Of a DNA stretch of 64,000 nucleotides, positions 50,291 through 59,947 are shown one piece after another (positions within the stretch are counted from its first letter, which is position 1; each line of letters starts with the position of its first letter). Position numbers and translations under genes: made by a program. The stretch comes from Myxococcota bacterium (GTDB lineage Bacteria > Myxococcota_A > UBA796 > CAJQPC01): assembly GCA_036012755.1 (NCBI GenBank), contig DASCPX010000091.1, positions 1 through 64,000 on the forward strand, given 5' to 3'. Under the pieces are notes generated by a model. That model had not been told where the DNA came from, ran no database searches, and saw only the letters and a program-made list of their open reading frames with translations.

Positions 50291-53200
50291 ATGGGGGCCT
50301 TGCTCACCACACTGCTCGCGCTGACTGGCTGCATCGTGGACGCGCCTCCGCCGTGGGTCGGAGAGTGCGCCGAGCACCCCGAGGGGATCTACGACTACGG
50401 CGAGATCGGCATCGGCAGCTGCCTGGCCGGACCGGTGTCGCTGTCCTGGACCTCGGACGGCTCGCACCTCCTCGTCACCAACGCGAATCCCTTCCTCGAC
50501 TTCACCGGCGGGAGCGTCAGCGCCATCGACGTCGAGGCCGCGCTCGCGGGGGCCGCGGACCAGGACGACGCCCGGGTCCTCGTCAGCGACGTGAGCCCGA
50601 GCGCTCTGGACATGCCCAGCTTCCCTTCCTACGGGGAGCTCGTCGCTGTGCGCGACCTGCTGCTGGTCCCGAACCGCCTCACAGAGAGCGCAAGGACCCG
50701 TGTCGGCTACGACGATCTCTACTTCGTCGATGTCTCCGATCCGGCCGAGCTCGCGTTCGCGGAGGTCGTCGAGGGCGGAGCCCACCACCTCGAGCTGAAG
50801 GACGACCCGGCGCTGGTCGCCTACGACACGACCAGCGGGTACGCCTTCGTGGCGAACCTCACGACCCACAGCCTCTCGGTGGTGGACGTGCTCGCGGACC
50901 CGGTCGAGATCATCGACGCCGTCGACACGGCGAGGGTCTCACGGCCGCGCTTCTTCGACTCGGACGGCAGCGGCTCCCATGTCGAGGCCGCCCAGCCAGA
51001 GGTCCTCATCGCGGAGGCAGTCTTCGACCAGGAGTGGACGCTGTCCTACGCAGAGGGCAGCTACCGCGTCTGGAGTCCTCGAGCAGAGGGCGCCGTGCGG
51101 CTCACCAGCATCGGCGACGAGGACTGGTCCGAGTCTGCCCGGGGCGCCGAGATCGACGTCGATGAGCTCGGCCTCGTAGAGGTCTCGGACCCCCAGCCCT
51201 ACGAGTCAGATGCTGACGCGGGCATGCTCACGATGACCTTCGTCGACGACGGCCGCATCCTCGCCGCCGACGCAGCCATCATCTCCGGCGAGTGGGACCT
51301 CCGGAGCTCGGCCTTGCTCAGCGAGAGAGAAGGCGACTGGGACGAGATCCTCGGCGGACCGATGGCGCTGGTCGAGGACGAGCGCCACTATCTCTTCTAC
51401 GACGGCACCTCTGCGGAGGGCGTGCAGTCCATCGGGCTCGCCTCCGGGACCGACGGGACCGTCTTCAGGCGGGACAACTCCGGGACACCCGTCCTGAGCC
51501 TGGACGGTGTCCAGCTCGCGGACCCGCACGTGCTCTACGACCGGCAGGCCGACATCTACCGCATGTTCTTCAGCATGGACGACGGCTCTGGCTGGGTCAT
51601 CGGACACGCTGAGTCCACCGATCTGTCGGCTTGGACCATCGACGAGGACGCGGTCTTCGTGCCGGAGGCGGGGGAGGCAGCCGCGCCGGTCGTGACCTAC
51701 GGCAACTTCGAGTTCCGCATGTGGACATCGCGGCTCGGCGACGACGGCATCTGGCGCCTCGGCGCAGCCCGCAGCGTCGACGGCCTGAGCTGGACGGACC
51801 TCGGGGTCGTCTCGGAGCTCGACGCCGCGGAGCCCGCCGACGGGACTCCGCCAGGGGTCGGACTCCAGTCCCAGATCCTGCGCAGCTTCATCCTCAGCGG
51901 CGACGAGTACGGCACGACCCAGCTCGCGGTCCATGGCGGCGACATCCTGAACGCTTCGGGCTTCGGCTTCCTGCTTCAGCTCAGCGCCGGGGCCATCCTG
52001 GGCACGCAGCACGTGGCCGGAGTCGGCGACAACGGCGTCACGGCCGAGAGCTGGTTGGTCGACGAAGGCCTCGTCTACCTCACCCTCACGGACGCCGACG
52101 GCACCACCTCCGTTGGGGTCATCGGCTGGGACGGGGGCCCCGTCGGCGAGCCCTCCGTCCTCATCACCCCCGAGTCGGGGCCCTTCGATGGCTCGGTGAG
52201 CCACCCTGTCGTCTTCCCCTCCGCCGCCGGCTACACGATGCTCTTCGCGGGCCAGATCGACGGCCGGACCGCCATTGGGTCGGCGACCTCGACGGACGGC
52301 CTCGACTTCACGGTCGGCGATGCGCTCGTCCTCGACAACGTAGAGGACTGGGAGTCGCTGCTCGTCGCCCCCGGCAGCGTGACCGTCGAGGACGATGGCA
52401 GCTTCTCGCTCTACTACACGGGCTCCGACGGGAGCCGGTCTCGCATCGGCCACGCCACCTCCTCGGATGGACAGACCTGGACACGCGCGGCGGGACCGAG
52501 CGAGGACTGGCTCATCTCGACCGGCGCCCCCGGCTCCTTCGACGACTCGGCGGTGCGCCATCCCTTCGCGCTCGAGATCGACGGCGTCCAGCACATCTGG
52601 TACGCCGGCTTCGACGGCGACTTCTGGCGTATCGGTCACGTCTCTCGAGAGGCCGACAGCGGAGACGACTTCGAGCCCACGGAGGGCCTGGACGGAGACG
52701 CCCGCCCGGTCATCGACGGTATCGCCGGCAACTTCGACGCCATCGACGCCTACCGGCCGGTGGTGAGCTGGGACGGCAGCACGCTGGAGATGCTCTATAC
52801 CGGTCGCGACGGTGGCATCGAGCGCGTCGGGCGCGCTTCCGGGACTCGTCCGGACCGGCTCTACCGAGACCCGGCTCGCCCGACCCTCGGTGACTTCGCA
52901 CAGTTCACCACGATGGCGGGTGACGACCAGGGTGACGGCGACATCTCGCTGGTGCGAGAGGTGGAGGGCCAGCTCGCGGAGGGGCTGGCGGCGAGCTTCC
53001 TCCACATCGACGACGCGCGGGGCTTCCTCTACGTCGCGAGCAAGCTGCACAACTACATCTACATCATCGACATCCGAGACGACTCCACCGAGATGTGGGT
53101 CGACGCGAACTACCTCGACATCGAGGCGCTCCTGGTCGCCAACACGGACGTCGGCGCGCGCTCCTTCCGCGGGCTCCTCGCGCCCGAGGGCGAGCGCTGG

Positions 53201-53659
53201 CTCTACGCGCTGAACACCCAGCCGGAGAGCATCATGCTCTTCGACCTCGACGAGGTCGAGGACGACGACCGGGCGACCCTCTTTCCGGACGCTGTCGCTG
53301 GTTACATCCCCGCTCCCCGTGCCATCGAGCGCGACGCGGGCCTAGAGTCCATGACCGCGCTGGGGCCTGCCCAGCTCGTCATGCTGGGCGACCGGATGCT
53401 GGTGTCGAACTTCAACGCCAACAGCGTGGGTGTCTACGACCTCCGCCTGGGGCTCTTCGGCGAACTCGTCGACGAGGTCGACCTGCTCGGCGAGAACCCC
53501 CACGCGCTCGCCTTGTCCCCGGACGGCACGATGCTGGCGGTCGGGAACTACGTAGGCGAGATCATCGACGGTCGGGTCAGCTCCACGGTCGTCATCCTCG
53601 ACGTCGACGAGACCAGCCCGACCTACCTCGAGGTCCTCGCTCGGGTGGCGAACCAATGA
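50291..53659 (+). CDS. large lipoprotein: YVTN-like beta-propeller with two inserted GH43/GH32-like five-bladed propellers
   Basis: LTGC lipobox; repeated IG.A.S.DG..W Asp-box-like motifs and DPHV/HPVV/RPVV blades; terminal AFVANL, LYVAS and ENPHALALSPDG. Confidence 0.7.
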   Translation: MGALLTTLLALTGCIVDAPPPWVGECAEHPEGIYDYGEIGIGSCLAGPVSLSWTSDGSHLLVTNANPFLDFTGGSVSAIDVEAALAGAADQDDARVLVSDVSPSALDMPSFPSYGELVAVRDLLLVPNRLTESARTRVGYDDLYFVDVSDPAELAFAEVVEGGAHHLELKDDPALVAYDTTSGYAFVANLTTHSLSVVDVLADPVEIIDAVDTARVSRPRFFDSDGSGSHVEAAQPEVLIAEAVFDQEWTLSYAEGSYRVWSPRAEGAVRLTSIGDEDWSESARGAEIDVDELGLVEVSDPQPYESDADAGMLTMTFVDDGRILAADAAIISGEWDLRSSALLSEREGDWDEILGGPMALVEDERHYLFYDGTSAEGVQSIGLASGTDGTVFRRDNSGTPVLSLDGVQLADPHVLYDRQADIYRMFFSMDDGSGWVIGHAESTDLSAWTIDEDAVFVPEAGEAAAPVVTYGNFEFRMWTSRLGDDGIWRLGAARSVDGLSWTDLGVVSELDAAEPADGTPPGVGLQSQILRSFILSGDEYGTTQLAVHGGDILNASGFGFLLQLSAGAILGTQHVAGVGDNGVTAESWLVDEGLVYLTLTDADGTTSVGVIGWDGGPVGEPSVLITPESGPFDGSVSHPVVFPSAAGYTMLFAGQIDGRTAIGSATSTDGLDFTVGDALVLDNVEDWESLLVAPGSVTVEDDGSFSLYYTGSDGSRSRIGHATSSDGQTWTRAAGPSEDWLISTGAPGSFDDSAVRHPFALEIDGVQHIWYAGFDGDFWRIGHVSREADSGDDFEPTEGLDGDARPVIDGIAGNFDAIDAYRPVVSWDGSTLEMLYTGRDGGIERVGRASGTRPDRLYRDPARPTLGDFAQFTTMAGDDQGDGDISLVREVEGQLAEGLAASFLHIDDARGFLYVASKLHNYIYIIDIRDDSTEMWVDANYLDIEALLVANTDVGARSFRGLLAPEGERWLYALNTQPESIMLFDLDEVEDDDRATLFPDAVAGYIPAPRAIERDAGLESMTALGPAQLVMLGDRMLVSNFNANSVGVYDLRLGLFGELVDEVDLLGENPHALALSPDGTMLAVGNYVGEIIDGRVSSTVVILDVDETSPTYLEVLARVANQ

Positions 53660-55500
53660 GCCTTCTGCTGCTCGCCGCCTGCCTCAACGAGACGACCTTC
53701 ATCGAGGGTCACTTCGACGGCCCGACCTCTGTGGCGGTGCTGCACGCCGAGACGGGCGGCCCCTTCTACGAGCCCGTTGCCTTCGTCTCCAACAGCCGCT
53801 CCGGCCTCATCGTGCCCCTGGACGTCAAGCACGGCTGGCTCCTGGCCGACGACCGCGCCTCGCCCTTCCTGGAGGCTCAGCCAATACCGACCGGCGCCGA
53901 CCGCATCCTCGGGGAGATCGCCGTGTTCGCTCCGGACACGGAGCACATCTCGCTCTTCGTCGCCGACAACAAGACCGCCACCTTGCTGACGGTCGACTAC
54001 ATCCAGGGGATCGGTGGCGACGGTGCCTTCATCCACTCCCGACCGCGCCTGGTCGGCGAGGTGGACTTCGTCGACGCCGACGGCAGCGGCGATGCTGCGA
54101 CCCTCGACGGCCTGGAGCTCCGGAGCGGGTATGCGACCACCGAGGACTGGGTCCTTCAGTTCGACGGCACCTCGTGGGAAGTCACCGGCAGCCGCTCGGG
54201 GGACCAGGCCTTCGACGCTCGCACCCTCGAGCCCTACAGCACCGACGACGGCGCCCTCCACTTCCTGATCTCCGGGGCAGCGACCAAGGGAGACCGCTTC
54301 GAATTCTCGGTGGACAGCGGGGTAGGGGAGATCGACCTCGCCGGTGTGGTCGGGGGCCTCTACATGTCCCCCGTCCAGGACTGGCTCTACGCGGCGGTGA
54401 CCTCGCTCGAGGACGGCACGGGGCGCGTCGCGGTCATCGACCCGACCACAGGGCTCGAAAGAGGCAGCCTGGATCTGCCTGAGGATGCCAGGCCCCATCG
54501 CTTCAGCGGTGACCTCTCGGGCGACCTGATCTACGTCAGCGACGCCCGCAGCGGCGCGGTCTACGAGGTCATCGTCGACCCGATCGACCCCACCAGCTCC
54601 GCTGTGCGCACCCTGGAGATGCCCGGGCCGGTGATCGACGTCGCCTACCAGGCGGACGAACACTACGAGCACCTCTTCGTCGCGCTCGCCGGCGACACCC
54701 AGCTCCACCTCTACGATCTCGTCGCGGACGCCTGGAAGGACATCAACACGGCGACGCCAGAGGTCGACGCCATCGAGCTCCAGACCCCCATCACCGGCCT
54801 CGCGACCGGCCTCGATCGCATCCTGCTCCAGCAGTTCGGTCCCAACGGCACCCGGGCATCCGATCGCGTCGTCGTGGCCAGCACCTTCGAGGGCGTCCTG
54901 ACCACCATAGAGGCCGGCACTGGCTGCCTGATGGTGGACGAGAGCGGTCCCTTCGCCACCATGGACACGGACCTGCCATTCGACGACGAGGGCGAGACCA
55001 GCACCCCTTCTCTCGAGGCCAGCGGAGCGACTGGCCGCGCTGTGCAGGTCAACTCGTGCGGCGGTATCGCCAGGACCCAGACCTGGGTCCTGACCTACGA
55101 CGGCTCCCTGGGCGCCTGGGTGGCCGAGGGGGCTCGCAGCGGCGTGCAGGACAACCTCGTCTACGAGGACGAGCGGTACGTGAGCGACAGCGGGGAGATC
55201 TCGCTCCTGGTGCGCTCCGGCACCCTGCCTTCGACCAGCGGGGACCGCTTCATGTTCCACGTCGACAGCGGCGTCGCAGAGGTCGACGGCGACATCAGCG
55301 GTGACGGCGTCGTCGCCGGAGACGAGCCGCGCCTCGAGATCCCGACCCGACCAGTGCCCTTCAGCTACCTCGCGGGTCCCGACGCGGAGTCATGGGGAGA
55401 GGTCAACCGCAAGGTCGGCGTGCTCTGGCCCCAGCAGAACGCGGACATGGTGCTTCGGGTCAACCTCGAGGCCAACAAGATCGAGGTCATCTGGGACTGA
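53656..55500 (+). CDS. beta-propeller lipoprotein with a duplicated beta-sandwich insert
   Basis: MSLLLLAAC, ATGA overlap; AFVSNS and IYVSD blades; two copies of W.L.(F/Y)DG..W...G.RSG.Q...GDRF.F.VDSG. Confidence 0.75.
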   Translation: MSLLLLAACLNETTFIEGHFDGPTSVAVLHAETGGPFYEPVAFVSNSRSGLIVPLDVKHGWLLADDRASPFLEAQPIPTGADRILGEIAVFAPDTEHISLFVADNKTATLLTVDYIQGIGGDGAFIHSRPRLVGEVDFVDADGSGDAATLDGLELRSGYATTEDWVLQFDGTSWEVTGSRSGDQAFDARTLEPYSTDDGALHFLISGAATKGDRFEFSVDSGVGEIDLAGVVGGLYMSPVQDWLYAAVTSLEDGTGRVAVIDPTTGLERGSLDLPEDARPHRFSGDLSGDLIYVSDARSGAVYEVIVDPIDPTSSAVRTLEMPGPVIDVAYQADEHYEHLFVALAGDTQLHLYDLVADAWKDINTATPEVDAIELQTPITGLATGLDRILLQQFGPNGTRASDRVVVASTFEGVLTTIEAGTGCLMVDESGPFATMDTDLPFDDEGETSTPSLEASGATGRAVQVNSCGGIARTQTWVLTYDGSLGAWVAEGARSGVQDNLVYEDERYVSDSGEISLLVRSGTLPSTSGDRFMFHVDSGVAEVDGDISGDGVVAGDEPRLEIPTRPVPFSYLAGPDAESWGEVNRKVGVLWPQQNADMVLRVNLEANKIEVIWD

Positions 55501-56636
55501 TCTCCCTGCTCGCGGCCACGCCCCCGCCCATCGTCGGCGGCAGCGAAGTGCCCGAAAGTCGCTGGCCCTCCGCGGCCTCGATCCACTACGACGACCTGCC
55601 TGGTTGCAGCGGGGTGCTGGTGCATCCAGAGCTGGTCCTGACCGCTGGCCACTGTGCCTCCGAGACCCTGGACGCCGTCGCACTCGGCGGGGTGGACCTC
55701 GATGATCCGGCGGGCTTCGAGTGGCTGGACGTCGAGGAGGTCCACACCCACGACGACCACTGGAACACGAACGATGTCAGTGTGTTGGTGCTATCCGAGC
55801 CTGCCACGACGTCGCCGGCGAGGCTCGCGTTGGGGTGCGCCGCGGCCTTCGTCGTCGACGGCGCGGCGGCCAGGATCGTGGGCTTCGGCAACACCGAGAC
55901 CGACGGTGGCGGGGCGACCTCCCTGCTCCACGAGGCCGACGTCGAGATCGTCGCGGCCGACTGCCAGGACGCCTCGCGCGGCTGCAACGTCGGCTTCAAC
56001 GACCTCATCGCCGGGGGCGAGGGTGTCGACACCTGCGTCGGTGACTCGGGGGGACCGCTCTTTCTCTGGGGGCCCAATGGGCAGCCCTACCTCGCGGCGA
56101 CGACCTCTCGGGCCGCGCTCCCTTCGACCCGCACCTGCGGAGACGGCGGCATCTACGTCCGCGTCGATGGACTCGCCGAGTGGATCGAGGAGGTCTCGGG
56201 GCTGAGTCTCGAGACCCCCGACTGCGGAGAGTTCGAGAACACACCGCCTCAGCCAGCGCCTCTGCGGATGTCGTTGCGGGTCGGTGAGACAGCGACCGAG
56301 TTGCTCAGCGCAGAGGACCCCGACCCGGGCCAGGTCATCACATGGTCCCTGGCCGCCCCGGCGACCCTGGGCACGGCCACCCTGGAGGAGGCGACCCTGA
56401 CCTACGAAGCCCGTGAGGAGGGAGAGGAGTCCTTGCTGATCGAGGTCGACGACGGCATCGACGCGGTGGACCTCGAGGTCCCCGTGAGCGTGTCGGCGGC
56501 ACCTCCGGATCCCGTCGTGGATCCCGAGCCCCGCAATGGGTGCGCCCACGCTCCCGGAGGCCGCTTCTGGGTGGTGCTGCTCGGCGGCGCCTGGTTGGTC
56601 GGCCGGGGCTCGGCCAGCGATAGAGCTAGAGCCTGA
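55497..56636 (+). CDS. trypsin-like S1 serine protease with Ig-like domain and MYXO-CTERM-like tail
   Basis: IVGG mature N-terminus, LTAGHC, ND, GDSGGP; C-terminal NGCAHAPGGRFWVVLLGGAWLVGR; start uncertain, probably CTG at 55497 or 55491. Confidence 0.85.
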   Translation: MISLLAATPPPIVGGSEVPESRWPSAASIHYDDLPGCSGVLVHPELVLTAGHCASETLDAVALGGVDLDDPAGFEWLDVEEVHTHDDHWNTNDVSVLVLSEPATTSPARLALGCAAAFVVDGAAARIVGFGNTETDGGGATSLLHEADVEIVAADCQDASRGCNVGFNDLIAGGEGVDTCVGDSGGPLFLWGPNGQPYLAATTSRAALPSTRTCGDGGIYVRVDGLAEWIEEVSGLSLETPDCGEFENTPPQPAPLRMSLRVGETATELLSAEDPDPGQVITWSLAAPATLGTATLEEATLTYEAREEGEESLLIEVDDGIDAVDLEVPVSVSAAPPDPVVDPEPRNGCAHAPGGRFWVVLLGGAWLVGRGSASDRARA

Positions 56637-58245
56637 TCGCGTCGCGTCGGCGGTTGTCGCCCAGCTCCGTGTCGATGTCGTCGATCAGGCTGAGGAGGTC
56701 CTCGACGTGGGCCGTGTCGGTTCCGGAGCGCTCCAGCGTCAACAGGTGGGAGAGGGTCCGCCGCGCTCCGGAGAGGTCACCGACTCGGACCGCCTCGACG
56801 ACGGCGAGTTCGTAGTGTTCGGCGGCCTCCAGGCGCCTGCCACGTGCGGCGGCGATGTCGCCGCGGAGTCGGATGGCCCCAGCGGCGCTGGCTCGGTGAC
56901 CGCAGCGCTGGAGGAGAGGGATGGCGCGGGCCAGCAGGTCCATCGCGCTGTCGTGGTGGCCACGGCGGAGGGCGACGTCGGCTTTTCGGCGGGCTACCGC
57001 GGCCTGGAGGACCGGGACGCCGGGGGCGAGGTCTCGGGCCTCGTCCAGGCGGGTAGTCGCGCTGCGGAGGTCACCGCGCGCCAGCGCGAGCGAGGCCTGG
57101 CCAACCCGCAGGGCAGCCCGCTCCAGGTCCCCCTCGATCGATTGGAAGTCCTCCAGGATCTCCGTGGACTGCTCGAAAATGGCGTCGGCGGCAAGCGCCT
57201 CGTTCCGGGCAAGGGCGATCTCCGCCGAACCCCGCAGTCCGGCCGCGAGGCCCATGAGGGTGCCCGCCCTCCGATGGTGCACCCGCGCCCGCCGCAGGCG
57301 CTCCGCCGCCTCATCCCGCAGTCCCCGCGTCGCCAGGGAGGCTCCGCTTCCTTGCAACAGAGCGGCCGCGAGCTCATGCTCGCCGAGCCGCTCGAAGCGG
57401 TCGATCGCGTCCCGATGCCAGCCGGTCGCGTCCGCATGCAGACCGAAGGCGCTGAGCACATCCCCGCCCGCCCAGTCCAACAGCGCCTGCTCGCGGGAGC
57501 CGAGGACCGGATCCCGCGCACCGTCGAGCAGGCTACGAGCCAGCGGCAGCTGCCCGCTAACCGCGACCATCCGCACGGCCGCGGCGGCCGCTACCGCGCG
57601 CTCGGCCGGGGAGGGGAGGTGGCGCGCGAGGAAGCGCACCAGGAGGATGTCCTTGTGCTCGACGAGAGCACGCGGCGTGGCGCCCCACGCCAGCTGGAGC
57701 CAGCCGTCGGCGTGCGGACACAGGCTACGGGCGACCAGGTACTCCTCGCCGGGCTCCGCTGACAGGAGCCCGCGGACCACCGGATCGGCAGAGCGGCCAC
57801 GACGGCCGACGACCTCGACCGGGTGGGCGCTGCCCAGACCAAGTGGTTGGGCCGTCGTGAACAACCAGCGGACCCCGAGGGCCATCGCCCGCAGGGTGTG
57901 GAAGGCTACGGTGGCCTCGGGCACCGTGTCCTCGAGCACGACGAGCGGTGCCCCGAGGCGGCGCAGCGTCTCTCCGACGGCCGTGGCGTCTCCAGGGAGC
58001 GGAAGGTCCAGGGCGAAGCCGATCGCACGGAGCACGTCGTGCTCGTCCTGGCAACCCGCGAGGCTGGCCCGGACCGGAGGCGCGTCGATGTGGCTGGCGG
58101 CTGCGGCCGCGAGCTGAGATGCGACCACGCCCGAGTCCGCCACGAGCTCTACGACGGCCCCAGAAGCCTGCAGCGCGAGGGCCAGCTCTGCGGCGTGCTC
58201 GAGGTGGGCTCCGTCCAGGTCTTCGGGGCGCGCGGCAGGCAGCAT
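56626..58245 (-). CDS. degenerate STAND/NB-ARC-like domain fused to TPR repeats
   Basis: VVELVADSGVVASQLA at the Walker A position, LVVLED, FTTAQPLGL, then a long run of MalT-like TPR helices. Confidence 0.6.
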   Translation of the reverse strand: MLPAARPEDLDGAHLEHAAELALALQASGAVVELVADSGVVASQLAAAAASHIDAPPVRASLAGCQDEHDVLRAIGFALDLPLPGDATAVGETLRRLGAPLVVLEDTVPEATVAFHTLRAMALGVRWLFTTAQPLGLGSAHPVEVVGRRGRSADPVVRGLLSAEPGEEYLVARSLCPHADGWLQLAWGATPRALVEHKDILLVRFLARHLPSPAERAVAAAAAVRMVAVSGQLPLARSLLDGARDPVLGSREQALLDWAGGDVLSAFGLHADATGWHRDAIDRFERLGEHELAAALLQGSGASLATRGLRDEAAERLRRARVHHRRAGTLMGLAAGLRGSAEIALARNEALAADAIFEQSTEILEDFQSIEGDLERAALRVGQASLALARGDLRSATTRLDEARDLAPGVPVLQAAVARRKADVALRRGHHDSAMDLLARAIPLLQRCGHRASAAGAIRLRGDIAAARGRRLEAAEHYELAVVEAVRVGDLSGARRTLSHLLTLERSGTDTAHVEDLLSLIDDIDTELGDNRRRDAIRL

Positions 58246-58285
58246 CGGGTTAGTCCGTCCGCCCCCAAGTTAGCGGATTGGCAGC

Positions 58286-59134
58286 ATGTCGAACATCAAC
58301 ACCCTCGGCGTCGTCGGCGCTGGCCAGATGGGCAACGGCATCGCCCACGTGGCCGCACTCTCGGGGCTGGACGTCATCCTCTCCGACGTGAACGACGCGG
58401 CCCTGGAGCGAGCACGGGGCACCATCGACAGGAACATGGGTCGGCTCGTCCGAAAGGAGCGGATCACCGAGGCAGATGCGACCGCCGCGGTCGCACGGAT
58501 CCGCACCTACACCGATCTCGCTGCGCACGAAGGCGCCGACCTCGTCGTCGAAGCCGCGACGGAGCGAGTGGACCTCAAGCTGGACATCTTCCAGAAGCTC
58601 TCGACCCTGACGCCGGCCTCGACGCTGCTGGTGTCGAACACGAGCTCGATCAGCATCACGCTGATCGCGGCGAACACGGACCGCCCGGAGAAGTGCATGG
58701 GCATGCACTTCATGAACCCGGTTCCGGTCATGAAACTCGTCGAGCTCATCCGGGGCCTCGCGACCAGCGACGAGACCTACGCCGCCGTCGACGCTGTCGC
58801 GCAGAGGATGGGCAAGACCACCGTCGAGGGTCGGGACATGCCCGGCTTCATCGTGAACCGCGTGCTCATGCCCTACATCAACGAGGCCGCGTACGCCCTG
58901 TACGAGGGCATCGCCAGCGTAGAGGACATCGACACCGCCATGAAGCTCGGCACCAACGTGCCCATGGGCCCACTGACGCTGGCGGACTTCATCGGTCTGG
59001 ACACCTGCCTGGCCATCATGGAGGTCCTCCACGGCGGCGGCGACAGCAAGTACCGCCCTTGTCCGCTCCTTCGGAAGTACGTCGAGGCTGGCTGGCTCGG
59101 CCGCAAGAGCGGTCGCGGTTTCTACACCTACTAG
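58286..59134 (+). CDS. hbd: 3-hydroxybutyryl-CoA dehydrogenase
   Basis: VVGAGQMGNGIA, VVEAATE, SNTSSISIT, GMHFMNP, PGFIVNR, PMGPLTLADFIGLD, GRKSGRGFY. Confidence 0.95.
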   Translation: MSNINTLGVVGAGQMGNGIAHVAALSGLDVILSDVNDAALERARGTIDRNMGRLVRKERITEADATAAVARIRTYTDLAAHEGADLVVEAATERVDLKLDIFQKLSTLTPASTLLVSNTSSISITLIAANTDRPEKCMGMHFMNPVPVMKLVELIRGLATSDETYAAVDAVAQRMGKTTVEGRDMPGFIVNRVLMPYINEAAYALYEGIASVEDIDTAMKLGTNVPMGPLTLADFIGLDTCLAIMEVLHGGGDSKYRPCPLLRKYVEAGWLGRKSGRGFYTY

Positions 59135-59144
59135 GGGTCTCCGA

Positions 59145-59945
59145 ATGTCCGAACAGACCGTCCACCTCTATGGCTGCTTGAAGCTCGCCTTCGAGGACGA
59201 GGGCATAGCGCTGATCACGCTGAACCGCCCCAAGGCGCTCAACGCGCTGAACACCGCCATGGTCGAGGAGCTGGGCGAAGCCCTGGACGAGGTCGGCGCC
59301 CGCACGGGGCTCCGGGCCCTGATCCTCACCGGCGCAGGAAACCGGGCCTTCGCCGCCGGCGCCGACATCAGCCAGATGCGTGACTTCACGCCCGCGATGG
59401 CGACCTGGTTCGCGGAGAAGGGTCAGCGCATCTTCAGCCGACTGGAGAGCTTCCCGCTGCCGGTCATCGCCGCCGTCAACGGCTTCGCCCTCGGCGGCGG
59501 CTGCGAGCTGGCCATGGCCTGCGACCTCATCCTGGCCAGTCAATCGGCCGTCTTCGGGCAGCCCGAGGTGAAGCTGGGGGTCATCCCTGGCTTCGGTGGC
59601 AGCCAGCGCCTGGCTCGGCTGGTCGGTCGCCAGCGCGCCCGGGAGATCTGCCTGACCGGTCGCAGCGTGCGCGCGGAGGAGGCCGAGCGCATCGGTCTCG
59701 CGCTCCGCGTGGTGGACGGAGACGTGCTCTCCGCCGCCCGTGACCTCGCGCGTATGCTCGCGGGCAACGGGCCCCGAGCGGTCTCCCTCTGCAAGCGCGC
59801 CATCAACGACGGCGTCGACCTGCCCATGGGACCCGCGCTGGCCCACGAGGCCCAGCTCTTTGGTGCCTGCTTTGCCACAGACGACCAGGTGGAGGGCATG
59901 AGCGCCTTCCTCGAAAAGCGCAAAGCCGACTTCAAGGGGCGCTGA
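59145..59945 (+). CDS. crt: enoyl-CoA hydratase (crotonase)
   Basis: LNRPKALNAL, AFAAGADI, NGFALGGGCELA, GQPEVKLG.IPGFGGSQRL, EGMSAFLEKR. Confidence 0.92.
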   Translation: MSEQTVHLYGCLKLAFEDEGIALITLNRPKALNALNTAMVEELGEALDEVGARTGLRALILTGAGNRAFAAGADISQMRDFTPAMATWFAEKGQRIFSRLESFPLPVIAAVNGFALGGGCELAMACDLILASQSAVFGQPEVKLGVIPGFGGSQRLARLVGRQRAREICLTGRSVRAEEAERIGLALRVVDGDVLSAARDLARMLAGNGPRAVSLCKRAINDGVDLPMGPALAHEAQLFGACFATDDQVEGMSAFLEKRKADFKGR

Positions 59946-59947
59946 GC

